Source: Minisyncoccota bacterium (GTDB lineage: Bacteria; Patescibacteriota; Minisyncoccia; Phycocordibacterales; Phycocordibacteraceae). From it: a stretch of DNA of 64,000 nt. The stretch is taken from the NCBI GenBank assembly GCA_035548315.1, contig DASZTF010000010.1:1721-65720 (forward strand). The letters are read 5' to 3'. Shown here in pieces: positions 57,148-64,000 of the stretch. Position 1 is the stretch's first letter. Each line of letters begins with the position of its first letter. A program made the position numbers and the translations under genes. Under the pieces are notes generated by a model. The model saw nothing but the letters and a program-made list of their open reading frames with translations. It did not search any database and was not told the origin of the DNA.

Positions 57148-58809
57148 CTACTGTGATGCCGACAACCGAGCGAGGAGCGTGGTGAATGCGGTTTCATCGC
57201 GCGCGATGATGAGCGTGTTCTGATCGCGGAATCCATACAAGAGGACGGTCCGATTCTGGCTGTCTTTGAGTGCACGTACATCGTGGTTCGCGACGGTCTC
57301 GTCCACAAAGCGCGGTGGGAGTGGCACCGCGGGGGTCGTCGATGCGTTCGGGTCTTGGGTGATAGCGTAGCTCGGGTAGAGCTGCGCGAGGTCTTGGCCG
57401 ATCGTCGGCTCCCACGAGAGCATGCCCGCGAATGTTCGTTCGTACGAGGTCGCAGCAAGTATGAAGAATACCCGCGTCTCGTCGCCTGCGTGGATTACGC
57501 CCACGCTGCTTGCGTCGCTTATATTGCGCAGCAGGATGCTCGGCGCGGGGAGCTGCAGCGCGTTGACCAGTGCTCCCCCGCCCTCCGTGCTCGTCCCGAC
57601 CGTAAGGTACACGAGCGCTACGTCACCCTGCGGAACGCCGTTTGCGGCGACGCCGGAGAGTGCGCTCATGAGCTGGCTTCCGTTCCCGGAGATCGTGGTG
57701 CTGGTGTCGCCCGTGATGGTGCCGGTGGGCGCGGTAGCGATGACTTCGACCGGGCTGCGAGCCACAAAGTAGTTGTAGGTGAAGTAGAGCACGAGCGAAC
57801 CACCGACCAGAAGCACGGTCGCGGCCAGCGCATAGGCAAGTCCGTGATTGCTGCGCGTCTGGACGGTGGTCGTCTGGGTAACTGCTCGCGGTGCGTCTGC
57901 TTGCGCTGCAAGAATGGAGAATGCAGACTCGCGCCCGTTACGAGTTTCGCTACGCACGTCGCCGCTAAAGGTGCGCAGACGTTCCGGCGTTACTACACCA
58001 GTGACACTTTGTTGGCCGTAAGATGTTGCAGAAGGCCGCAGGTACTGGGTATCTGGGAGAGGGGTCGGAAATGTCTCCGGTGTTGTGACACTTTTTTCCG
58101 GATACGAGGAAACGCGGGCACGCAAGCGCGCGAGTACCGCCTCGCGTTCAGCAGCTTCTTCTGCAGCTGCCGTCGAGGGAATCTGCGAGCCAATCGGTGG
58201 CTCGATGCCGGTGACCTGCGCGGGCACGGGTGGCGGCACATAGCTCGGGGTATAGCTTGGCGTGGCTGCGATAATCGGCGGTGCCGGCGTCGCGGGGCGC
58301 GAGCTAAAGAGCGCGTAAAAGAGCCGAGAGAAAAATGACGGCGGCCGCTCCTCGACGAATCGCTCGGTAATCGGTGCGGGCGCTGTGCGCGGGACTGGCG
58401 GCGGCACGGCTTCCGGACGCTGCACGTACATGGCCCCTTCTTTATGAAGCGGTGGGAGGCCAGCGGGGGTCGGTGGTTCGGGTGCGCGCGCAGATTCCGT
58501 CGGCATGCTGATGTTCGATACGGCTTCCTGGAGTGTCGCGTGCGGTCGTGGTGCTGACGGCATCGGTGCAGGTCGCGGCGTGGGCGGTGGCGTGGACGCT
58601 GCAGCGGACGGTGATGTCGGCGCCGTCTGCGTCCTCGGCATCGGTGCCGCACCGCTTTGGAGTGCTTCTAGGTCCGAAGCGAACGTGCGGATCACGCGCT
58701 TTGGGTTTGCGGGGAGTTGGTCGCTTGCAAGTCGCGCGACCGGCATACCGCCCGACCAAACGGGCTGCGCCGGTTGCTGTGTCGTCTCGTTTATGGGAGC
58801 GTCTGCCAT
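57148..58809 (-). CDS. Pro-rich membrane-anchored hypothetical protein
   Basis: IRTF..D / LRTF..D repeated motif, TM, C-domain FAGML.WE...F.D..V.N.DVR. Confidence 0.75.
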   Translation of the reverse strand: MADAPINETTQQPAQPVWSGGMPVARLASDQLPANPKRVIRTFASDLEALQSGAAPMPRTQTAPTSPSAAASTPPPTPRPAPMPSAPRPHATLQEAVSNISMPTESARAPEPPTPAGLPPLHKEGAMYVQRPEAVPPPVPRTAPAPITERFVEERPPSFFSRLFYALFSSRPATPAPPIIAATPSYTPSYVPPPVPAQVTGIEPPIGSQIPSTAAAEEAAEREAVLARLRARVSSYPEKSVTTPETFPTPLPDTQYLRPSATSYGQQSVTGVVTPERLRTFSGDVRSETRNGRESAFSILAAQADAPRAVTQTTTVQTRSNHGLAYALAATVLLVGGSLVLYFTYNYFVARSPVEVIATAPTGTITGDTSTTISGNGSQLMSALSGVAANGVPQGDVALVYLTVGTSTEGGGALVNALQLPAPSILLRNISDASSVGVIHAGDETRVFFILAATSYERTFAGMLSWEPTIGQDLAQLYPSYAITQDPNASTTPAVPLPPRFVDETVANHDVRALKDSQNRTVLLYGFRDQNTLIIARDETAFTTLLARLSASQ

Positions 58810-58866
58810 TGCTCACTTTATTCTAACCCACTGTTCGTGATGCTTGGTACGAAATCACCGCCGCAG

Positions 58867-59220
58867 TCATACAGACTCCGGCAGTGCATTTTCGAGTTCG
58901 GGTGTGGTGGGATCAAGGATGGCGCGACAATAGTCGAGGATTTTTTTCGGACACGTGTGCGGTCCGTAGCGGAATGCTGCGAAGGTTTCGTAGCTGTTTC
59001 CAAATCCTGCAGCGACAAACACTGCGACATCATCCATGTCCCGCTCTTCTTTCATGCGATTGAAGATCCCGAGAACCATTGTTCCGGTGAATTGCTCTTC
59101 CTGCGTAAGTGGTGGCTTGGGCCACGGAAACTGCGAACGGAAGATTTCCACTCGTTGGTATCGGAGCATGGCTTTTGAGCTGAGAAGAGCAGCTCGGTGC
59201 GTGTCAGCAACTGCTTCCAT
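58867..59220 (-). CDS. Hypothetical protein
   Basis: Strong SD AAGGAGGT before ATG 59220. Confidence 0.6.
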   Translation of the reverse strand: MEAVADTHRAALLSSKAMLRYQRVEIFRSQFPWPKPPLTQEEQFTGTMVLGIFNRMKEERDMDDVAVFVAAGFGNSYETFAAFRYGPHTCPKKILDYCRAILDPTTPELENALPESV

Positions 59221-59270
59221 AGCGCACCTCCTTTCTGCAGTAGTAAACCACCGATATCTGCGGTGGGTTA

Positions 59271-59453
59271 CTAGCGCCGGCGTTTCCGCCCGCTCCCCGA
59301 CTTCTTCCCACCACCGCTTTCTTTGTTCACGGTCGCCCACGCGCGGCGCTCGGCTTCTTTCTTGCTGGTGCCGCGCTTTTCATATCCTTCTTCAATATGT
59401 TCTGCCTCACGCTTCTGCTTGTCGGTATATTTTGATTTGCTTCCTCGTGCCAT
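59271..59453 (-). CDS. Small basic conserved protein (YT.KQKR.A.HIE...AWATVNK family)
   Basis: Recognisable widespread small-protein motif. Confidence 0.8.
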   Translation of the reverse strand: MARGSKSKYTDKQKREAEHIEEGYEKRGTSKKEAERRAWATVNKESGGGKKSGSGRKRRR

Positions 59454-59539
59454 ACGTGAAAGTTAGTAGGTAATGAAACTCACGTAAGTATCGTTTCTAC
59501 GGGGTGAAAAATAAGTGAGCGTTCTGGTATCATGCGCGC

Positions 59540-60334
59540 ATGCGTATCGCTTCCTGGAATGTGAACGGCATCCGCGCCGTGCACCGCAAGGGTCTCTTTG
59601 TGCCGTTCGTACATAAAGTAAAGCCAGACATTATCTGTCTCCAGGAGACCAAGGCAAAAGAAGATCAGTCAGAAGTCGACCTCCCCGACTACCACGAGTA
59701 CTGGAATTCTGCAGAGAAAGCTGGCTACAGCGGCACCGCGATTTTCTCTAAAGAAGAGGCGCTCGATGTGCGTCTCGGGCTCCCCGATGACCTCGCGGAG
59801 AAGTACGGCCTCCATACCGATTCGTATGGCGACCCCAACTCCGAGGGCCGCGTGATCACTGCGGAATATGAAGATTTCTTCGTCGTGAGTGCGTACACGC
59901 CAAACGCCAAGCCCGACCTATCTCGCCTCTCGCTCCGCCACACGCAGTGGGATCCAGCGTTCCTTGAATATATGAAGCGCTTGGAAGAAGATAAGCCGGT
60001 GGTGTTCTGTGGCGATCTCAACGTCGCGCATATGGAAGACGACCTCGCGAACCCTAAATCCAATAAAGGCGAACACGGGTTCACCGATGAAGAGCGCGAG
60101 GGCATCGACCTCATACTCGGTGCCGGATTCGTGGACACCTTCCGCCTCTTTCACCAGGGCAAGGGTTTCTATACCTGGTGGAGCCACTTCGGCCATGCGC
60201 GCGAGCGCAACGTGGGCTGGCGCATCGACTACATATTCGTGAGCAAGGCGCTCAAGAATAAAGTAAAGAAAGCAGCAATCTACCCCGACCTCCTCGGCTC
60301 CGACCACTGCCCTGTCTCTGCGGATATTGCCTAA
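59540..60334 (+). CDS. xth: Exodeoxyribonuclease III / AP endonuclease
   Basis: SWNVNGIRA, LQETK, GDLNVAH, GWRIDY, SDHCP. Confidence 0.96.
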   Translation: MRIASWNVNGIRAVHRKGLFVPFVHKVKPDIICLQETKAKEDQSEVDLPDYHEYWNSAEKAGYSGTAIFSKEEALDVRLGLPDDLAEKYGLHTDSYGDPNSEGRVITAEYEDFFVVSAYTPNAKPDLSRLSLRHTQWDPAFLEYMKRLEEDKPVVFCGDLNVAHMEDDLANPKSNKGEHGFTDEEREGIDLILGAGFVDTFRLFHQGKGFYTWWSHFGHARERNVGWRIDYIFVSKALKNKVKKAAIYPDLLGSDHCPVSADIA

Positions 60335-61146
60335 GACTTAACCCGCGCTAAGCGCGCGTCGAATATTGTATCCTCGGCTAGCGCCAATGTTTCAACGGTG
60401 CTGAATCCAGCAGATCGTAGTGAAGATTCAAGCTCCGGGAATGTGAGATCGTAGGATACATTCGGTGTCGCCAAAATAGTTCCATCTTCTTGCTCGCGCA
60501 CCATCGATGCGTTGCGTATTTTCTGTTCGGGGAGTCGCTCGGTCCAGAAGATAAGTTTTTGCTTCCCTTCGCCTGGTGCCGTTATTTCCGCTACTTGGTC
60601 TCGATGGGAATGTTCCTCATCTTTAAATTTGTCGATGTACAGGAGACCACCAGGCCTGAGTAGTTTTTTAAATATATCGGCCGTTTCAGCATAGGTAGCA
60701 AGTGCTGTAGCTGGATCAATGGAAATGTCGCTATTCCAGCCCCCAAGTGCGTATACGAACGAGTTGCCGCGGCACAAAATTAAATCGTATGAGTTCGATT
60801 CGTATGCCGAAAGCAAATCTTTCCAGAGAACTTGTTTTGCCACAGAAGAAAGACCCCGCTCAGTCGCGCGCCTGTTGTACAGAGCCACTTCGTCCGCGAA
60901 TCCATCAGAGCTCTCTACGTTGTAACCCCGCTTTATAAGTTCAAGAGACGGGAATCCGCCGCCTGCGGCGACGTCGAGTATCTTTGAATCTTTGGTAATA
61001 CCGTTTGCGGCGAATACGGTTTCAAGCTCGTCACAATATGCGCGCTCATTATAGAGAAATTTATATACACACATCTCCCACAACTCAGCGAATGTGGGTT
61101 TGTGATCGAAGCGCTCAATATTTTTATGATTTGGTATTGATTCCAT
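60331..61146 (-). CDS. Class I SAM methyltransferase, glycine/sarcosine N-methyltransferase-like
   Basis: ILDVAAGGG, YDLILCRGNSF, LRPGGLLYID. Confidence 0.8.
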   Translation of the reverse strand: MESIPNHKNIERFDHKPTFAELWEMCVYKFLYNERAYCDELETVFAANGITKDSKILDVAAGGGFPSLELIKRGYNVESSDGFADEVALYNRRATERGLSSVAKQVLWKDLLSAYESNSYDLILCRGNSFVYALGGWNSDISIDPATALATYAETADIFKKLLRPGGLLYIDKFKDEEHSHRDQVAEITAPGEGKQKLIFWTERLPEQKIRNASMVREQEDGTILATPNVSYDLTFPELESSLRSAGFSTVETLALAEDTIFDARLARVKS

Positions 61147-61204
61147 AAGGATTTACTCGATGAGGCCTCGAATTGCTTCAAGCTCTCAATAGAGGGGAGA
61201 AGTC

Positions 61205-61558
61205 TCACCTTCCCCCAGATTCAGCCGCCTTTCTCTGTGTGACGAACATGTTTACCACGAACAGCAGGTTCCTCTTGCTGTCTGCCCCGGTTGCGCCCGC
61301 TTCGATGGCGTGCCGATTTTTCGCGGCATCATCCGACAAGAAGTAAACCGGAGGGAGCATTTTGCTTTGCGCCCGCCACTCCTGCAACACTTTCGGCGAG
61401 GCTAGTGCACCGTCGAGGATGACGAAGTCAAAGCAGTCCTTCCCAAGCGCCTTAGCAGCCTCCTCGGTTGTGGGCACATATATCGCTTGGTCGCAGTCCC
61501 GAAGAAACATGTTGAACGCGCATTTACTGCAGTTAGAATCGAGGACTAGTAGTTTCAT
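61205..61558 (-). CDS. Degenerate stand-alone receiver-domain protein
   Basis: MKLLVLD, FDFVILD, PV.FLS, AGA....K; SD GGGAGG. Confidence 0.65.
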   Translation of the reverse strand: MKLLVLDSNCSKCAFNMFLRDCDQAIYVPTTEEAAKALGKDCFDFVILDGALASPKVLQEWRAQSKMLPPVYFLSDDAAKNRHAIEAGATGADSKRNLLFVVNMFVTQRKAAESGGR

Positions 61559-61700
61559 GATGGCCTCCCAGGCGTTGGTTTGAAAGATCAATTTCTCGAT
61601 GAGGATTCCATTCGTAAGAATCGTCTCCTCAATGAAGGGGAGAAGTTTTAGCTTCTCCCAGTTTGATAGTTTCTTTCGGCGGGATATCAGCCCGCTCCAC

Positions 61701-62270
61701 TCACTTCTTGGTTTTCACGCCTTCCATCAGTTCGTCCAATGCCCGGCGCCAGTTCTTCACCCGAAGCAGACCATGGAAGTCGAGCCATTTCTCCGCTGGA
61801 GGATATTTTTTCTTACCCTCTTCGCTCTCGAGAAACTCATAGCTCACTTCCGTGCCAGCGAGGGGATCGATCCACGTCTGAAACTGGTCTTGGCCGAACA
61901 GGACGAGAGCGTCGCCAACCGCGAATACCCCACCCCAGGTTAAATAGTCTGTCGCTGCAGACGCTGGATGGTTGTGGTGATTGGTCTGCGTCAGAACTGC
62001 CACCCGCTTCACGCCCTTTTTGAGAGCGAAGAATGCAGTGATGGTTCCGAGAGGCATTTCCTGCCCCACAAACTTGTACGCATCTGGTGCGAGGGTTTCC
62101 TTTGAAGCTGGAAGCATCAGGTCGCCCAGGTAAGCGTCGATGTTCCCCTTGTTCAGGAGTCTGCACACCTCCTCGCCGTAGGTCTCGACGATTGTAACGT
62201 CGTGCCCCTTAAGCAGAATCGCGGCAGCCTTACGGTTTGCCTCGGAGTCGTCAAGAACGAGAATCTTCAT
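61701..62270 (-). CDS. Atypical receiver-domain protein
   Basis: MKILVLDD...DAYLGDLMLP, divergent C-terminal half; SD AAGGAGG; TTGACA-17-TATACT promoter. Confidence 0.7.
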   Translation of the reverse strand: MKILVLDDSEANRKAAAILLKGHDVTIVETYGEEVCRLLNKGNIDAYLGDLMLPASKETLAPDAYKFVGQEMPLGTITAFFALKKGVKRVAVLTQTNHHNHPASAATDYLTWGGVFAVGDALVLFGQDQFQTWIDPLAGTEVSYEFLESEEGKKKYPPAEKWLDFHGLLRVKNWRRALDELMEGVKTKK

Positions 62271-62422
62271 GGTAGTGCCCTCCTTGGGCGGTGGCGGCGA
62301 AGCGCCGGTTTCAGTGGACTTGATTTCTGCTATAAGTATAGCTTAATCATACATAATGTCAAGTATTAATGATGATGAAATATTGACAAGAAACGTATGA
62401 AAATATAGAGTATTTTGCATAG

Positions 62423-63193
62423 ATGTCAGGAAAGATTGATGAAATTTCAGAAAAGGATTTGCTCGATAAGCTTAAAGATATAGGCCTTTCCGATAAGGAT
62501 TCTCTGGTCTATTTAGCCCTTCTCCCCCGCCACGACGTCGGCTCCTCGAAGATAATCAATGCCACCGGCCTCCATGGGCAGTTTGTATACGATTCTCTAG
62601 AACGCTTGGAAAAAATGGGCCTTGCTAAGCACGTTATCCAGAACGGCCGTAAGAAATTCAGTGCCAACCCGCCCATGCGTCTAGTGTCGATCGTCGAGGA
62701 GAAGCGCCTGGCAGCCCAGTCTATTGCTAAACAGCTGCAGGAGCGGTACAGCGGTCAGCACGAGCAAGACTTCGAGGTGTTCCAGGGCGAAAGTGCCTTT
62801 ATGGCCCACCAGTACGACATGCTCGAGAATGTCGCCGAAGGTAGTGAAGTAGTTGCTATATGCGGTCCTACGGAAAAGTACCTGTTCACTTTTGGCGCCG
62901 AAGCAGATGCCTTCGAAGAACGTCGTATAGAAAAGCGCATGAGCGTGCGCTACATCGGCATGGAGCCTATGCGCGAGCGCCTCGCAGAGATGCGCAAGTG
63001 GCGCAAGCTCTGGGAATATCGGATCCTTCCTGGCGGTATGTCCACCGGGCTCGTGGATACGGATATCTGGCCCGATAACATCACGCTGAATATGTTCGGC
63101 GACCCCATTCTCTCTTTTACAATCACCAATAAAGCGATGGCAGAGGGGTACCGCGAGTTCTTCGAAGCGCTCTGGAAACTTTCCAAGCCATAA
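62423..63193 (+). CDS. TrmB-family transcriptional regulator
   Basis: L..IGLS......VYLALL...VYD.L.RL...GL wHTH plus sensor-like C-domain. Confidence 0.85.
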   Translation: MSGKIDEISEKDLLDKLKDIGLSDKDSLVYLALLPRHDVGSSKIINATGLHGQFVYDSLERLEKMGLAKHVIQNGRKKFSANPPMRLVSIVEEKRLAAQSIAKQLQERYSGQHEQDFEVFQGESAFMAHQYDMLENVAEGSEVVAICGPTEKYLFTFGAEADAFEERRIEKRMSVRYIGMEPMRERLAEMRKWRKLWEYRILPGGMSTGLVDTDIWPDNITLNMFGDPILSFTITNKAMAEGYREFFEALWKLSKP

Positions 63194-63546
63194 AGGACAC
63201 TTATGCACAGGGCGTGTCCTTTACAGTGTCTGATAGAGGAATACAATGTCTTTTAGGTGGGCGCGCGGAGTACCTTGCTAGATCTATCGTGCGAGCGCCA
63301 ATGCGTAACGGCAAAACAAAGACCACGGGGCTGACCCGTATGAAATCAACGTTTTCGCTCACTACCGCAGAAACGCTAGTTTTCTGGATTGTTCTTTGTT
63401 TCTATAAAGAACCGCCCAAACAGACACGCTTCTACGCGACGACTGCCAAACAACTGCCCCTTCCCCAATCAATTGAAGTCGCCGCCGTGTCTCGGGCGGT
63501 TCTCTTATTTCTATAGAGTGTTGCACGTGAAAACTAGCCCTCAGGA

Positions 63547-64000
63547 CTAGTCCACGTGGTGCTTCTCCAGTATTTTCCGTACCTCCTCCCCTTCCTCAGC
63601 GGCAGCGCGCTTCTTCCCAGACTCCCCTAGTTCGCGCAGTTCTGCGTCCGTAAGGGCGAGCAGTTCACCTGTCCTGCGGTCCAGATACTCCACAGTATTG
63701 AGATCAGGGTTCTCAAGGACATCTTCGAGGAGGGCCGCAAGCGTCCACCCTATCCTGGGGCCTGGTTGCACATGAAACTCAGTCATAAGACGATTCCCGT
63801 CGGTCTTGAGCATGGCCACAGATATCGGGTCGCGGAGGGCCTGCTCCACCATGGCCTTGTATTTGCGGAACCTGAATGGCTGCTCTTTGGGGCGACCGGT
63901 GCCGATCCGGTCGCAGATACGCAAGTTCAAAAGGTCCCAGATGTTCTCCTTCCCTACGTTCGTGATGGTGCGGCGGACTGCGGAGAGGGTCACCTGGTCG
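63547..64000 (-). CDS. CCA-adding enzyme / HD-domain protein, C-terminal part (5' end outside the window)
   Basis: AVRR....VG, LR.CDRIG.G, L..DG..LM......PGP.IG..L..LLE.VLE.P..N. Confidence 0.85.
   Translation of the reverse strand, partial: DQVTLSAVRRTITNVGKENIWDLLNLRICDRIGTGRPKEQPFRFRKYKAMVEQALRDPISVAMLKTDGNRLMTEFHVQPGPRIGWTLAALLEDVLENPDLNTVEYLDRRTGELLALTDAELRELGESGKKRAAAEEGEEVRKILEKHHVD

Noticed and set aside
61559-61715. Possible frameshift fusion of the two receiver-like ORFs (second frame open back to the end of the first)
   Set aside because: The second ORF has its own SD and ATG; there is no convincing slippery site; the open frame is plausibly chance.
63260-63450. tmRNA-like hints on the minus strand (GGGGCAG start; ...YALALAR* frame)
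   Set aside because: I found no T-arm/acceptor 3' end (TTCGA...CCACCA) to pair with the putative 5' end.
1-64000. CRISPR array, cas genes, IS transposases, rRNA, reverse transcriptase/DGR
   Set aside because: I saw no regularly spaced direct repeats or corresponding protein motifs by eye.

Overview
This looks like a GC-rich chromosomal segment of a Patescibacteria (CPR) bacterium, probably Parcubacteria/Paceibacteria; the taxonomy is inferred from gene content and order. It spans the replication origin (dnaN-oriC-dnaA / rpmH-rnpA-yidC). It also carries housekeeping and repair genes (polA, ruvABC, pcrA, xth, holA-like), type IV pilus/competence genes (pilMNO, pilB, comM), a chromosomal T4SS-like cluster (VirB4, PrgI, VirB6-like, pilin) and 7 tRNAs. 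The main result is a ~7.3-kb island (1874-9166) integrated in the 3' end of tRNA-Val(TAC). It encodes a tightly coupled DruA/DUF4338-NurA-HerA operon behind an XRE regulator with a palindromic operator, a candidate undescribed anti-phage system. Its large serine recombinase appears to contain its own attP: excision would restore the tRNA CCA and give the recombinase a new 43-aa C-terminus that now sits at the other island end. Other signals are a 6S-like ncRNA, a tandem-GA hairpin element, a 34-aa hyper-acidic microprotein, and pervasive leaderless core genes versus SD-led ORFans. All calls come from reading motifs by eye; no database searches were run.
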